From assembly GCA_963776345.1 (NCBI GenBank), contig CAVZMH010000015.1, positions 96,001-160,000 on the forward strand: a stretch of DNA of 64,000 bases. The letters run 5' to 3'. Source of the stretch: an uncultured delta proteobacterium (GTDB lineage Bacteria > Myxococcota > Myxococcia > Myxococcales > Myxococcaceae). The position numbers were made by a program, and so were the translations under genes. The notes below the pieces were generated by a model, which saw only the letters and a program-made list of their open reading frames with translations, searched no databases and was not told the origin of the DNA. Shown in pieces: positions 50,813 to 62,143 of the stretch. Position 1 is the stretch's first letter; every line of letters begins with the position of its first letter.

Positions 50813-52963
50813 ATGCTCCGCATCCGGATCGGCCGACGCTGGACCCGCGAGCACGGCGCCGCGCCGCATGATTCGGTGTCCCTGGAGCTGGACGGGGTCG
50901 CCCTGGTCGACGGGGCCGAGGACGAGCCGCTCCTGCCGCTGGTCGAATCGCTCCTCGGCTGCACCGGCGCGCTCGCCCGCGGCACACCGATGGCGGACGT
51001 CTCCCTGCCGGAATCGGGGCTCGTCCTCTGCCTCGAGAACACCGAGGACGGCTGCGCCTTGCGCATCGCATCGCTCGGCCGGCCGGCGCGGCTCGTGCGG
51101 CGCGTGCGGCTCGACTGGGCCGAGTGGTGCGAGGCGGTGGTCCGCCTCGGCGAGACCTTCGCCAGCGACCTCGAGGGGTCGGCCGTCCCAGCGGCGAGCC
51201 GGCGCGCCGTCCGGGACCGGCTCCGCGCGCTCCGGCAGCCCTCCCGCCTCCCTCCCCCGCGCCCGGTGGCTCCGCTCGGGCTCCGCCTGGGCGCCTCCGG
51301 CCGCGCGCTCGTGCTCCAGCTGAACGACGGCTCCGGCCTGCTCGAGCGCGCTCCGCGGGGGCACGCCGCAGCGCTCGGCGCGCTCCTCGGCTCCGGGCGC
51401 ATCTGGATCTCCGGCGCGCCCGAGGGCTGGCACCTCGATGGACCCGCGCTGCTGCACCTGCTGGAGCTCGTCCGCTGCGGTGAGGAGGTGCAGCGCGCGA
51501 TCGGCACGGGCGTGGACGCGGTCGAGATCCAGCTCCCGGGCGGCCCCTCGCGCGTGTCGCTCGCCAGCGCCGCCTGGGTTCTCGGAAGGGAGACCCTGCC
51601 CTGGACCGCCGAGGAGGTGGCGCGGGCGCTCCTCTCGCTCGGGGCCTCGGTGGCGCGCGCGGTCCGCTGGGCGGTGCCCAACCAGCGGCGGAACCCCTAT
51701 CTGGAGGAGCTCGTGACCCGCTCGGAGGCCGGACTCGCCCTCCTCCGTCCGTCGACCCGAGCGCCCAAGGACCGCCCCCCCGTGCGGCGACGACGACCGC
51801 TGCGTGCGGCGCGCGCGGTGCGTCCGCTCCGGCGCGAGGGCAGCATCCGCCGCCTGCGCTTCCTCCCGGTGGCGCTCGCCCCGGGACTCGCCGGTCCGGG
51901 TCCGGCGACCCTCCTGGGTGTCGAGGCCGGTGTGGCGCTGATCTCCGACCGGGGAATGGACGTCCTCGGCTGGGACGGGAAGCTCCGGGTCCACCGGCCG
52001 ACGCCGCGCGGAGGGGCGGTCGCGGCCGACGGGCGCGCGCTCGGCGCGACCCGCGAGCGCCTGTTCGGCTACGGGCCACAGGACGCGAACCCCCGCTGGT
52101 TCCAGCCGCACGACGGGGCGGCGCTGGACCCGGTGGCCATCTCCGCCGAGCAGCTCCTCCTCTTCGGCGTCGAGCGGCGGGGCGTGCGCGCGGTGGACGC
52201 GCTCACCGGCCGCGAGCGCTGGTCGTTCCTCCCGGCGCGCACCCGCCGGCTCCACCTGGCCCTCTCCGGGGTCACGGTGCTCGCCGCCTCCGAGTCGGGC
52301 GTGCTCACCGGGCTCGACCTCCACGACGGCACGGTCCGCTTCCGGGTGGCGGCGCCCCTCCCCTTCACCGGGCCGGCGATCGCCTGGGGACCGGTGGTGC
52401 TGGTCCCGCTCGGGCGAGAGGACCGCTCCGCCCTCCTCGCCCTGGACCCGGTGCTCGGCGAGGTGCGCTGGCTGACCGAGCTCCCCCTCCGTCATGCAGC
52501 CCCGCCGACGGCGGGGGGCGCGCGGGCGTGGATCGCCGGCGTCCACGAGGACCGGCCCACCCTCACCTGCCTCGACGTGCGCGGCCGCGTCCTCTGGCAG
52601 CGCCTGGCGCCGGTCCCCGAGCGGCCCGCAGGCGTGCTCCGGGCCGGCGTCGAGCTGGTCGTGGTGGGCACCACCGGGGCGGCGGTCCGGGTCCGGCGCG
52701 ACGGGAAGCCGGTGTGGCGCGTGGGCGCTCCGGGGGGCCCGCCGGTCGCCACGGTGCAGCCGGCGCTCGAGCACGGAGTGGTGCTCGCCGCCGGCCCGGT
52801 GGTCCGTGCCCTGGACGTCCGGAACGGGCGCGTGCTGGCCGAGCTCCCGGCGGGTCGGGGCGTACGGGCGCTCGCGGTCAGCCCCCACCTCGACGTCGCG
52901 CTGCTGGACGAAGCCGGGGACCTGGCCATCCACCGGCTGGCCAGCCACTTCGCGGTCGTCTAA
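50813..52963 (+). CDS. Protein with C-terminal PQQ-like beta-propeller repeats
   Basis: [52 protein letters not shown]; unknown N-terminal domain. Confidence 0.82.
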   Translation: MLRIRIGRRWTREHGAAPHDSVSLELDGVALVDGAEDEPLLPLVESLLGCTGALARGTPMADVSLPESGLVLCLENTEDGCALRIASLGRPARLVRRVRLDWAEWCEAVVRLGETFASDLEGSAVPAASRRAVRDRLRALRQPSRLPPPRPVAPLGLRLGASGRALVLQLNDGSGLLERAPRGHAAALGALLGSGRIWISGAPEGWHLDGPALLHLLELVRCGEEVQRAIGTGVDAVEIQLPGGPSRVSLASAAWVLGRETLPWTAEEVARALLSLGASVARAVRWAVPNQRRNPYLEELVTRSEAGLALLRPSTRAPKDRPPVRRRRPLRAARAVRPLRREGSIRRLRFLPVALAPGLAGPGPATLLGVEAGVALISDRGMDVLGWDGKLRVHRPTPRGGAVAADGRALGATRERLFGYGPQDANPRWFQPHDGAALDPVAISAEQLLLFGVERRGVRAVDALTGRERWSFLPARTRRLHLALSGVTVLAASESGVLTGLDLHDGTVRFRVAAPLPFTGPAIAWGPVVLVPLGREDRSALLALDPVLGEVRWLTELPLRHAAPPTAGGARAWIAGVHEDRPTLTCLDVRGRVLWQRLAPVPERPAGVLRAGVELVVVGTTGAAVRVRRDGKPVWRVGAPGGPPVATVQPALEHGVVLAAGPVVRALDVRNGRVLAELPAGRGVRALAVSPHLDVALLDEAGDLAIHRLASHFAVV

Positions 52964-53008
52964 GTCAGGGCGGCCGCAGCTCGAGTCGCGCGGCGAGGTC
53001 CCCCTGGC

Positions 53009-53986
53009 CTACTTGCGCTCCTTGCGCGCCGCCGTCGCGGGGTCGATCTCCTCCTCGCTGCGCGTGGTCACGGTGGCCCCCTCCCAGGTCTCGCCGGGCT
53101 TCAGCTTCCAGTCGTCCGGCACCGGGAGCTTCCAGGTGTACTGGGCGTTGATGTCTCCACCGGTCGGCGCGTGCGAGCGCACCGCGACCAGCATCTCCAT
53201 GACGCTCACCGTGGCCGGCACCGGGTCGAGCTCGTACTGGCCGAGCACGATCTGCGGCGGGAACTCGGCGATGAGCCGCTCGGGATAGTCGTTGCGCATG
53301 CCGGGGTTGCCGGTGCTCATCTCGCCGTAGAGCTTCCCCTTGTCGTCGAGCAGCCGGAACGTGGTGGCGAACTCGGCCCAGGTCATCACCCGCTTCACCC
53401 CGGTGCGCTCGTCCTCGCGGGTCTCGCGCTGCGCGCCCCAGAGGACGATGGGGAAGCGGATCTTCGGCTTGTTCCCCATCATCACCACGTCGGCGGAGAC
53501 CACGTCGAGCCGCAGGCCCTTGTCGGTGCCGGTCAGCACCGGCGCGTACTTGCCGGTGCGCATCCGGTCGAACATGGCCTTCTCCCACTCCCAGAAGGCC
53601 TTGCGGTTCACCGGATTGGCCATCGGGCCGCGCGGGCGGCCGTCGGGCAGCTGCGGCAGCTCCATCTCGGCCGCGGCCTTTGCCTTTCGGTCCAGGTCCT
53701 TCAGGTAATCGTCGAAGGCGGGGTTGCCGCCGAACCTCGCCTGGTGGGCCGAGACCTGCTCGAAGTACCAGCGCAGGTAGCCCTTCACGTCGTTCTTGTA
53801 GGCGTCCGGGTCGGGATTGCTGCGGATCCACCCCGCCCGCTCCAGCGCCTCCGCCCGGAGCCGGAGCGCGGCGATCTCCCTGGCCGCCTGCTCTCGGGCC
53901 TCGGTCGATCGCCGGTAACCCACTACGCCGGCTGCGCTGAAGCCGGCGATCACCACCAGGAGGACGATGGCCAGGTTGCGGTTCAT
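53009..53986 (-). CDS. Hypothetical N-terminally anchored membrane/periplasmic protein
   Basis: MNRNLAIVLLVVIAGFSAAGVVGY; ATG overlaps DUF692 stop (ATGA); strong coding bias. Confidence 0.85.
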   Translation of the reverse strand: MNRNLAIVLLVVIAGFSAAGVVGYRRSTEAREQAAREIAALRLRAEALERAGWIRSNPDPDAYKNDVKGYLRWYFEQVSAHQARFGGNPAFDDYLKDLDRKAKAAAEMELPQLPDGRPRGPMANPVNRKAFWEWEKAMFDRMRTGKYAPVLTGTDKGLRLDVVSADVVMMGNKPKIRFPIVLWGAQRETREDERTGVKRVMTWAEFATTFRLLDDKGKLYGEMSTGNPGMRNDYPERLIAEFPPQIVLGQYELDPVPATVSVMEMLVAVRSHAPTGGDINAQYTWKLPVPDDWKLKPGETWEGATVTTRSEEEIDPATAARKERK

Positions 53987-55509
53987 GTCAGATGTGAAGT
54001 CTCGCCCGCTGCCCGGGTCGGGTCCAGCCCACGCTGTCCCACCTCCAGCCGCCCGCGGTTCCACCGCGCGTGCACCCGCCACGGACGGGTGGGAGCCCGG
54101 CGAACCGCCTGCGCCAGCCCCTCGAGCCCGCCCTCGGGCAGCACCCCTTCCCCGAACGCCCGGGCCGCCAGGTGGCGCCGGAGCGCGCGCAGGGCGAACA
54201 GCGCCTCGCCCAGGTCCGCGGCGAAGACCCCGCTCCGGCCCCCGGGAGCGCGCGCCAGCGACTGCGCCCAGGTGTCGAAGGCGAGCGCCAGGGCGAGCTC
54301 GGGTGCCCCCGACGCGCGCACCTCCGCCCGGGCCCATACCGACCACGCCGCGTCGAGCGGATGTCCAGCGGCGAACGCCTCGCGGAAGGCGTCGGAGGCG
54401 AGGAACCGCTCCAGCCCGGCCCTGGACGGCGCGAGCAGCGGGCGAGACAGCGGCCAGCACGCATCGAGCGCCTCGGCGGCGACCGACAGCCGGAGGCCCT
54501 GCTCGGCGCGCACGCCCTCGGCATCCTCGGTCGCGGGTTCGCGCCCGTGCACCACGTCGAACCCTCGCCAGGCCTCCCTGCCAGCCTCCGCCGGGAGCGC
54601 GGGCACGGGTCCACGCGGCGGGTGCACCTCGAGCACCGCGCGCTCGGCGACCGGCTCGAGCATCGACCGCAGCGTGGCGAGCGTGCGCCGCGCGGCATCC
54701 GCCGGATGGCCGTCGCCCTCGAAGACCAGCGCCCGGAGCGAGCGGCACCGGGGCAGCGCCTCGGCCAGAAGCCCGAGCACCTCGCTCCGGAGCGGCTGCC
54801 CGTGGTCGTCCATGTAGACGCCCCGGCCCCCGGGCGTGCGGGTGATGACCGCGCCCGCGACGTGGACCTCGATGACCGCCTCGAACGGAAACCCGTCCAG
54901 CCCCGTCTCCAGCGGCAGCCCGGAGGCGAGCTGGGCCGCGACCAGGTGGCCGACGTCGAGCACCAGCGGGCAGCCGGTCCGGGCGTGCAGCTGACCCATG
55001 AAGTCGAGCACGTGCAGCGGGCCGTCGTGCCGCACCACCACGGGGTTCTCCAGCGCCAGCGGCACCGAGAGCGCCGAGGCCACGTGGAGCGCGTGCGCCG
55101 CCGCGGCCTCGAGCCCGGCCCTGCTGAACGGCGGAGGCAGGTAGAGGTAGCCGGGGAGCGCGGTGCCCTGCACGTGCCACCAGGCCACGTCGTTGCCCAC
55201 CCAGGGCGAGCCCACCGCCCGCGCGTGGGCGTCGAGAGCGGCGAGCCTCTCCGCCGGCTCCCGCTCGGGTCCGGCGAGGTTCAGGTGGACCGGGTGGAAG
55301 AGCGCCGGGAGCCGTTCCCGGGCGGCGAGCAGCGTCCCGAAGAGCCCGGCGTCCCGCTCGGCCTCCTCCAGCGCCAGCGGCGCGCTGTACTCGACCAGGT
55401 CGAGGAGTCCCGGCTCGGCGGCGTGGAGGGCCCACGGATCGGGCTCCGCCGCCGGGTCCAGGTTGCTGGACAGGCCGAGCCCCAGGAACGGCAGCGCGCG
55501 CGTCTCCAC
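53983..55509 (-). CDS. DUF692 / MNIO family multinuclear iron oxidase-like protein with C-terminal extension
   Basis: LGLGL, FHPVHLNL, WVGNDVAWW, YLPPP, LENP, LDVGHL, EVHVAG, YMDDH, FEGD follow the DUF692 TIM-barrel motif order. Confidence 0.8.
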   Translation of the reverse strand: METRALPFLGLGLSSNLDPAAEPDPWALHAAEPGLLDLVEYSAPLALEEAERDAGLFGTLLAARERLPALFHPVHLNLAGPEREPAERLAALDAHARAVGSPWVGNDVAWWHVQGTALPGYLYLPPPFSRAGLEAAAAHALHVASALSVPLALENPVVVRHDGPLHVLDFMGQLHARTGCPLVLDVGHLVAAQLASGLPLETGLDGFPFEAVIEVHVAGAVITRTPGGRGVYMDDHGQPLRSEVLGLLAEALPRCRSLRALVFEGDGHPADAARRTLATLRSMLEPVAERAVLEVHPPRGPVPALPAEAGREAWRGFDVVHGREPATEDAEGVRAEQGLRLSVAAEALDACWPLSRPLLAPSRAGLERFLASDAFREAFAAGHPLDAAWSVWARAEVRASGAPELALALAFDTWAQSLARAPGGRSGVFAADLGEALFALRALRRHLAARAFGEGVLPEGGLEGLAQAVRRAPTRPWRVHARWNRGRLEVGQRGLDPTRAAGETSHLT

Positions 55510-55520
55510 GGCCCGGGAGC

Positions 55521-56771
55521 CTACTCGCTGCGCATCGCCTCCACCGGGTCCAGCGCCGCGGCGCGGGCCGCCGGGTAGATGCCGAACACCAGCCCCACCC
55601 CGCTGCTCATCACCAGGGCCAGCACCACCGCCCAGGCGGGCACGGTCATCGGGAAGCCGAGGGCCCACCGCCCGAGCGCCGCCAGCGACAGCCCGAGCAG
55701 CAGCCCCAGCACCCCGCCGAAGAGCGAGAGCGTCACCGCCTCCAGCGCGAACTGGCCGAGGATGCGCCGCCGCTTGGCCCCCAGCGCCTTGCGGATGCCG
55801 ATCTCCCGGGTCCGCTCGGTCACGCTCACCAGCATGATGTTCAGGATGCCGATTCCACCGACCACCAGCGAGAGCAGGCAGATCCCGAAGCTCGCCGCGG
55901 TGATGACGTTGCTCAGGTTGTTGAAGGTCCGGGTGATGGACTCGTTGGTGTCCACCTCGAAGTTGTTGGCCTCGCCGGACTTCACGTTCCGCCGCATCCG
56001 GAGCAGCGCGGTCACCTCGTCCTGCGCGGTCTGCAAGAGAGTCGGGTCGGCGGCCTGCACGTTGATCCGCAGGCTGCGGTTGCGGCCGAAGAGGTCGAGC
56101 GCGTTGGGGAGCGGGAGGATGAGCATGTTGTCCGCGCTAAACAGGCCGAAGATCTTCCCCCGCTTCTCCAGCACGCCCACCACCTGGAAGACCCGGCCCC
56201 GGATCCGGAGCTCCCGCCCGAGCGGGTCCTGGCCGGGGAAGAGCTTGTCGGCGACGTCCAGCCCGATCACCACCACCGCCCGGGACTCCGAGACCTCGTT
56301 GGCGGAGAAGAAGCGCCCCGACGAGACCGCCCGGCCGCTGGTGTCGATCCACTCCGCGGTCGCGCCCTGGACGATGACGTTGGGCTGCGTCTCGGCGATG
56401 GCGCTGGAGATCTTGTTGGGCCCCAGCCAGGTCAGCGCCGAGGCGGTGGTCACCGAGGGGCACCCCTCGCGCACCGCGCGCAGGTCCTCCAGCCCGAGGT
56501 TTGGCCGCCGCTGGTAGCGCCGCCAGTCGATCCGCCCCAGGTTGATGCCCCCGGGCCACTTGGAGACGGTGAAGACGTTCGCCCCGAGGTTGGAGAGATC
56601 GGTGGTCACTTTCGTCCGGAGCCCCTCCACCATCGCCATCATCGTCACCACTGTGGTGACCCCGATGACCACCCCGAGCAGGGTGAGCAGCGAGCGGAGG
56701 GGGTTCGCGGCGAGCGTGCCCACCGCCAGCCGGGCGTTGTCCCACAGGGCGATGAAGCGGCGGCTGCTCAT
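55521..56771 (-). CDS. MacB/FtsX-type ABC transporter permease
   Basis: [64 protein letters not shown]. Confidence 0.95.
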   Translation of the reverse strand: MSSRRFIALWDNARLAVGTLAANPLRSLLTLLGVVIGVTTVVTMMAMVEGLRTKVTTDLSNLGANVFTVSKWPGGINLGRIDWRRYQRRPNLGLEDLRAVREGCPSVTTASALTWLGPNKISSAIAETQPNVIVQGATAEWIDTSGRAVSSGRFFSANEVSESRAVVVIGLDVADKLFPGQDPLGRELRIRGRVFQVVGVLEKRGKIFGLFSADNMLILPLPNALDLFGRNRSLRINVQAADPTLLQTAQDEVTALLRMRRNVKSGEANNFEVDTNESITRTFNNLSNVITAASFGICLLSLVVGGIGILNIMLVSVTERTREIGIRKALGAKRRRILGQFALEAVTLSLFGGVLGLLLGLSLAALGRWALGFPMTVPAWAVVLALVMSSGVGLVFGIYPAARAAALDPVEAMRSE

Positions 56772-57994
56772 TCGTACCGGAGCGCCTCGACCGGGTCGAG
56801 CCGCGCGGCGCGCGCCGCGGGCCAGATGCCGAAGACCAGGCCCACGCTCGCGGCGAAGAGGACGCCCCCCAGCACGGTGAGCGGGTGCACCGCGGCCGCG
56901 AGGCTGGTCACCAGCGAGACCAGCTTGGCCGCCCCGAGGCCGACGGCGGTGCCGATGGCTCCTCCCACCGCCGAGACCAGCGAGGCCTCGAGCAGGAACT
57001 GCACCACGATGGTGCGGCGGCGCGCCCCGAGCGCCCTGCGGATCCCGATCTCCCGGGTCCGCTCGCGCACGCTCACCAGCATGATGTTCATGATGCCGAT
57101 GCCGCCCACCAGCAGGGTGATGAGCCCCACGCCCACCGCCACGCCGTAGAGCGCGCTGGTGAGCTGCCGGTAGGTGTCCGCCAGCTGCTGGGTGCGGTTG
57201 ACGCTGAAGTCGTCCGGCTCGCCCGGCGGCACGCTCCGGACGCGCCGCATGATCCCGGTGACCTCGTCCTCCGCCCGGTCGAGCTGGTCGACGTCGTCGA
57301 CCCCCACGTCGATCTGGAAGTCGCGCTTTCCGTAGACCGAGAGGAAGGTCTTGAACGGCACCAGCGCCACCAGATCCATGCTCTGGCCGAGGATCTGCCC
57401 CTTCTTCGCCAGCACCCCGATGACCCGGTACGGGCGGTTGTCGAGCCGCACCGACTCGCCCAGGGCGCTGCGTCCGGGGAAGAGCCCCTCGGCCACGTCC
57501 GACCCCAGCACCACCACCTGCCGCTCGGCGTCGCTGTCCGCGTCGGTGAGGAAGCGCCCGACCGGGACCTCGTAGCCCCAGATCTTCTGGAAATCCGCCA
57601 GGGTGCCCACCAGGTCCACGTTGCTGACGCTCTGGTCACCGGCGCGAACCTCCTTGCTCTCCTCGTTCACCTCCGGGACGACGGCGTTCGCCAGGCGCGA
57701 CTGCTGCGCCACCGCCTGCATCTGGGCCAGGGTGATCTGCTTGCGGTTCCGGTACTTCCACCAGTCACCGGTGACCACGAACGGCCGCCGCGAGATGTTG
57801 AGCGTGGCCGTGCCCAGCGAGGCCAGCTGCCGGGCGAAGGCGCCGTTCAGCCCCTGGATGATGCCCAGGATGGCCAGGAGCGTGGCCACGCCGATGCCCA
57901 CCGCGGTGAGGGTGAGGACCGTCCGCAGCCGGTTGACGCCCAGGGTCCGCAGGGCGATGCGCCCGCCCTCGAGCACATCGACCCGGAGGCTCAC
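56768..57994 (-). CDS. MacB/FtsX-type ABC transporter permease
   Basis: [55 protein letters not shown]. Confidence 0.95.
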   Translation of the reverse strand: MSLRVDVLEGGRIALRTLGVNRLRTVLTLTAVGIGVATLLAILGIIQGLNGAFARQLASLGTATLNISRRPFVVTGDWWKYRNRKQITLAQMQAVAQQSRLANAVVPEVNEESKEVRAGDQSVSNVDLVGTLADFQKIWGYEVPVGRFLTDADSDAERQVVVLGSDVAEGLFPGRSALGESVRLDNRPYRVIGVLAKKGQILGQSMDLVALVPFKTFLSVYGKRDFQIDVGVDDVDQLDRAEDEVTGIMRRVRSVPPGEPDDFSVNRTQQLADTYRQLTSALYGVAVGVGLITLLVGGIGIMNIMLVSVRERTREIGIRRALGARRRTIVVQFLLEASLVSAVGGAIGTAVGLGAAKLVSLVTSLAAAVHPLTVLGGVLFAASVGLVFGIWPAARAARLDPVEALRYE

Positions 57995-58722
57995 GTGACC
58001 GCGGCGACGCGCGCCCGCTCCGTCCGGCCGTCCAGGGCCACCTCGGGCCCGGGCCCGTCCTTCACGATGACCCCGTCGCTGATCCGGATCGCCCGGGGGC
58101 AGCGCGCGGCCAGCGTGGCCTCGTGGGTCACCAGGCACAGGGTGTGCCCGGCGCGGTGGAGCTGCTCGAACAGGCCGATGATCTCCAGCCCGGTCGCCGA
58201 GTCGAGGTTGCCGGTGGGCTCGTCGGCGAGCAGGAGCGAGGGCTCGGTCACCAGCGCCCGGGCGATGGCCACCCGCTGGCGCTGACCGCCCGACAGCTCG
58301 TTCGGCCGGTGCTTCACCCGGTTGGAGAGTCCCACCTGATCCAGCGCGCCCCGCGCCCGCTCGCGGCGCTCCCTGGCCCCCATCCCCCGGTAGATGAGCG
58401 GCAGCTCCACGTTGCCCAGCGCGGTCTCCCGAGGCAGCAGCTGGAAGGTCTGGAAGATGAACCCGATCTCCCGGTTGCGGATGTCGGCCAGCTCGTTGTC
58501 GGACATGTGGCTCACGTCCTTGCCGTTGAGCCAGTACCGCCCGGCGGTGGGGGTGTCTAGACAGCCCAGCACGTTCATCAGGGTGCTCTTGCCCGAGCCG
58601 GACTGGCCGATGATCGCCACCCACTCGCCCTTCGACAACTGGAACGAGACCCCGTTCAGGGCGTGCACCTCCTCGGTGCCCACCTTGTAGTAGCGGCGGA
58701 TGTCCTCGAGCTTGATCAGCAT
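57991..58722 (-). CDS. ABC transporter ATP-binding protein (MacB/LolD type)
   Basis: [39 protein letters not shown]. Confidence 0.97.
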   Translation of the reverse strand: MLIKLEDIRRYYKVGTEEVHALNGVSFQLSKGEWVAIIGQSGSGKSTLMNVLGCLDTPTAGRYWLNGKDVSHMSDNELADIRNREIGFIFQTFQLLPRETALGNVELPLIYRGMGARERRERARGALDQVGLSNRVKHRPNELSGGQRQRVAIARALVTEPSLLLADEPTGNLDSATGLEIIGLFEQLHRAGHTLCLVTHEATLAARCPRAIRISDGVIVKDGPGPEVALDGRTERARVAAVT

Positions 58723-58726
58723 GTGA

Positions 58727-60013
58727 CTAGCCGCGGACCGCGGTCTTGGTTCCGGGGGGCTCGGCCGGACGGGGCCCCTTGGGGGCGTTTTCCTTCAGTC
58801 GATCCCCATCCTTCAGCTCCTTGCTCACGGTGCGGAAGGGCCCCTCCACCACCCGCTCGCCTTCCTTGAGCCCGTCGAGCACCTCGAGGTCGGTGTCGGA
58901 GGCGATGCCGGTGCGCACCCGGCGAGCCCGGGCCTTGTTGTCCGCGTCGACCACGAAGACGATCTTGGCCAGCGTCTCGCTGCGCTTCCTGGCGGCGAGC
59001 GAGGTGCCCGCTTCGCCCGGCGGCTGCGAGTCGGGGAGAGACTTGTCCGGACGCACGGTGACCGCCTGGATGGGGACGATGAGCGCGTTGTCGTGGGTCT
59101 CGGCGGTGATGCGGACCTCGGAGCTCATCCCCGGGAGCACGCCGGGCGGCCGGGTCTCCAGCGCCACCTTCACCGGGAAGGTGGTCACCTCGGACTCGGT
59201 GCCGGGGTTCTTGATGGTGGCCTTCTGGGCGATCTCCACCACCGAGCCCTCGAAGCTCTGGCCCTCCAGCGCGTCCACCGACAGCTCGGCGTGCTGGCCG
59301 TTGCGAAGGTGCACCACCTCGTGCTCGCCGACCTCGATCTTCACCTCCATGCTGTTGAGGGCGGCCACGGTCATCACCGTGTCCTCGGAGAAGTCGGACC
59401 CGCGGACCCGCTCGCCGATCTCCCGGGTGAGCTCGATGACCGTGCCCTCGATGGGCGAGGCGAGCGTGGTGCGCGAGAAGTTGGTCTGGGCGTTCTCGTA
59501 GGCCGCGACCTGGCCGGCATACCTCTGCTGCGCCGAGCTCAGGCGGGCGACGGCCCCGTCGTAGTCCGACTTGGCCTTGTCCACCTCGGCCCCGGCGGCC
59601 ATGCCCCGCTTGAGCAGCCCCTGCACGCGGTCCAGCTCGAGCTTGGTCCGGTCCACGTCGACCTGGGCGTTGGCGATGTCCGCCCGGGCCCCGCTCACCC
59701 CGGCCTGCGCCTGCTTGGCGGCGGCGACGAAGGGGCGGGGGTCGATGCGACCCAGCACCTGTCCCTTCTTCACCTTGTCCCCCAGCTCGACCGGGCGCTC
59801 CACCAGGTCACCTGAGAGGTTGGAGGAGATCTTCACCGTGGTGGAGGCCTCGACCTTGCCTGCCCCGATGATGACCCGACTGATGGTCCCCTTCTTCACC
59901 TTCGCCACCTGGACCTCGCTCGCCGGCGGCGGCCGGTCCCTGAGCCCGGCCACGGTGATCCCCACCACCGCGAGCAGCAGCACTCCCGCGATCAACCCCT
60001 TCCACCATGTCAT
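58727..60013 (-). CDS. Periplasmic adaptor / membrane fusion protein (MacA-like)
   Basis: N-terminal [12 protein letters not shown]..., [16 protein letters not shown], coiled hairpin, [34 protein letters not shown]. Confidence 0.93.
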   Translation of the reverse strand: MTWWKGLIAGVLLLAVVGITVAGLRDRPPPASEVQVAKVKKGTISRVIIGAGKVEASTTVKISSNLSGDLVERPVELGDKVKKGQVLGRIDPRPFVAAAKQAQAGVSGARADIANAQVDVDRTKLELDRVQGLLKRGMAAGAEVDKAKSDYDGAVARLSSAQQRYAGQVAAYENAQTNFSRTTLASPIEGTVIELTREIGERVRGSDFSEDTVMTVAALNSMEVKIEVGEHEVVHLRNGQHAELSVDALEGQSFEGSVVEIAQKATIKNPGTESEVTTFPVKVALETRPPGVLPGMSSEVRITAETHDNALIVPIQAVTVRPDKSLPDSQPPGEAGTSLAARKRSETLAKIVFVVDADNKARARRVRTGIASDTDLEVLDGLKEGERVVEGPFRTVSKELKDGDRLKENAPKGPRPAEPPGTKTAVRG

Positions 60014-61368
60014 GGCGTCGCTCCGTTGCCGAGGGTCCCCACCGCCTTCTCCAGGGCCGCCCGCGCCACCTCGGTGTCGGAGCGGGTCTGGATGAGCGTC
60101 TGATATGCCTGCGCCAGCTTCAGCTGGGCGTCGCGCACCTCGAGAGTGGACGAGGCGCCGGCCTTGAAGCGCTCCTGCGCGTAGTCGAGGTTCTGGGTGG
60201 CGGTGACCCGGTTCTGCTGCGCCAGGTTGAGCGCTTTGAGCTGCGAGGTGAGGGAGTCCAGCGCCACCTTCACCTGGCCCTCCACGTCCCGCTCGTTCTG
60301 CGCGAGGTTGAGCTTGGCCTGCGCGAGCTGGGCCCGGGCCTGCTTGGTCTGGGCGTCGGTCGCGAAGCCGTTGAAGAGGTCCCAGTTCAGGTTGAAGCCA
60401 CCATAGAACGCGTTCTGCTTGGAAAAGTCGGTGAAGACCGTCTTCGCCTCGGGGCCCTGGCGGACGTACTGGATCTGGAAGTTGAGCCTCGGAGCCCAGC
60501 CGGCCGCCTGGGCCGTCTCGAAGGCGCTGGCGGCGCGCACCTGCTCGCCGAACTGGACCAGGAGGGGACGGTTGGTCCGGGCCAGCTCCAGCCCCTGCTC
60601 GAGGGTGACGCCGGGCGGTGGAGGCGTCTCGGGCAGCGCGGGGTCGACCGCGTCCAGCTCCTGACCCTCGGGTCGCGCCAGCCAGGAGGACAGATCGATC
60701 CGGGCCTGCGAGACCACCGCCCGCTGCTTCTCCGCATTGATCCGATCCGTGCCGAGGTTCACCGCCGCGGCCAGGGCGTCTCCCTTGTTGCCGCGCCCGG
60801 CCTCGAAGAGCGCCTGCGCGCGGTCGGCGAAGTCCTTGCTCCGCTCGGCGGTGGCCTCCAGGACCAGCAGCTGCTTCTGCGCGGTCCACAGCGAATAGAA
60901 CCGGCGGACCGCCTCGAACTCCGAGGCGAGGAGCTGCTCGGCAGCGCCGCCCTTGGCCGCGGACTCGAGATGTCCGGACTGCTCGAGGAGCTTGAACTTC
61001 CCGAGGTCGAAGAGGAGCTGGTTCAGCGTCGCTGCGAGCACGAAGTTGTTGGCCGCGTAGGCCGGGTAGTCGGTGATCCGGTTCTGGTACTGGATCTGTC
61101 CGTCGGGGCCGATGATCGGATTGCCGCTGGCGTCCTGGGCCACCACGGTGCCGATGCCCGAGTAGGTCGAGGTGATGGTGCGGTTCGCCTGGGCGTTCAG
61201 GCCCAGCTGCGGAAACAGCGCCGAGCGGCTGAAGCGTGTCTGCTCGCCCGCGCGCACCCGGTCCAGCTCGGCCAGCAGCGCCTGGAGGTTGTTCCGCGAC
61301 TCCTGGCGGACCTGGTCGAGGGTGATGGGCGTGGCGGCGAGGACCGCGGAGAGGACGAGCGCGTTCAT
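60010..61368 (-). CDS. TolC family outer-membrane efflux protein
   Basis: ITLDQVRQES, FPQLGL, QLLFDLG, LFNGFAT, AQERFKAGASSTLEVRDAQ. Confidence 0.92.
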   Translation of the reverse strand: MNALVLSAVLAATPITLDQVRQESRNNLQALLAELDRVRAGEQTRFSRSALFPQLGLNAQANRTITSTYSGIGTVVAQDASGNPIIGPDGQIQYQNRITDYPAYAANNFVLAATLNQLLFDLGKFKLLEQSGHLESAAKGGAAEQLLASEFEAVRRFYSLWTAQKQLLVLEATAERSKDFADRAQALFEAGRGNKGDALAAAVNLGTDRINAEKQRAVVSQARIDLSSWLARPEGQELDAVDPALPETPPPPGVTLEQGLELARTNRPLLVQFGEQVRAASAFETAQAAGWAPRLNFQIQYVRQGPEAKTVFTDFSKQNAFYGGFNLNWDLFNGFATDAQTKQARAQLAQAKLNLAQNERDVEGQVKVALDSLTSQLKALNLAQQNRVTATQNLDYAQERFKAGASSTLEVRDAQLKLAQAYQTLIQTRSDTEVARAALEKAVGTLGNGATP

Positions 61369-62111
61369 CCGCCACCTCCCGGCCCGCCGGGACCAGGCCC
61401 GTGGCCGGGGCCTCCTCCGGTCATCATCCCGGGCAGTCCGAGCCCGAAGACGCCCACGAAGGCCAGGAAGAGCACCAGCCCCACCCAGAGCCCGGAGCGG
61501 CGCCGCAGCCCGGTGGCCGCGGCGAACCCGAGCCCGATGAGCAGCGCGGCGAGGAGCTGGAAGAGATCGAGCGAGTCGAGGAGCCGGGCCAGCTTCGGCC
61601 CCCCGGCGTGCATCCACGCGCCGACCGACGCGGGCAAGAGATGTCGCGCCCGCTCCTCCGTCACCCCGAGCTGAAAGAGCGCCACCAGCCCCCAGAGTCC
61701 ACGCTCCACCGCCACCGGGAGCATCCCGACGGCGGAGGCGCTGTAGAATGCAGGGAACGGCGCCTTCTTCCCGAGAAGCCAGGCCACCAGCGCGAGCACC
61801 ATCGCGATTCCCAGCACCACCAGCGGTGTCACCACGAGGCCGCTGGCGATGCCGGTGACCAGCTTGAGCCGGCCGGCGGTGGTGATCTGCTCGGTGAGCT
61901 CGGCCTCGGGCATACCCTTGAGCTGGCCGGCCATCTCGAGCTTCTGGAGGATGCCGGGAGCGGGGTCCCAGCGGAGAGCGAACGCCGCGCCGGCGAAGGC
62001 CGTGGCCAGCATCAGCGCGAGGAGCGGCCACAGGATGCGCCGCCCCTGGACGGCGGCGGCGACACGGTCTCCGGGGTCGGTCAGCGTTCGAGGGAGGGTG
62101 AGCGCAGTCAT
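61365..62111 (-). CDS. Yip1 family membrane protein
   Basis: Five hydrophobic segments, LLDSLDLFQL...GLGFAAATGL; first gene of the exporter operon, stop overlaps tolC start. Confidence 0.8.
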   Translation of the reverse strand: MTALTLPRTLTDPGDRVAAAVQGRRILWPLLALMLATAFAGAAFALRWDPAPGILQKLEMAGQLKGMPEAELTEQITTAGRLKLVTGIASGLVVTPLVVLGIAMVLALVAWLLGKKAPFPAFYSASAVGMLPVAVERGLWGLVALFQLGVTEERARHLLPASVGAWMHAGGPKLARLLDSLDLFQLLAALLIGLGFAAATGLRRRSGLWVGLVLFLAFVGVFGLGLPGMMTGGGPGHGPGPGGPGGGG

Positions 62112-62143
62112 CGGGAAGTGCCCTGCTCTACGGCGGCTTGGGG

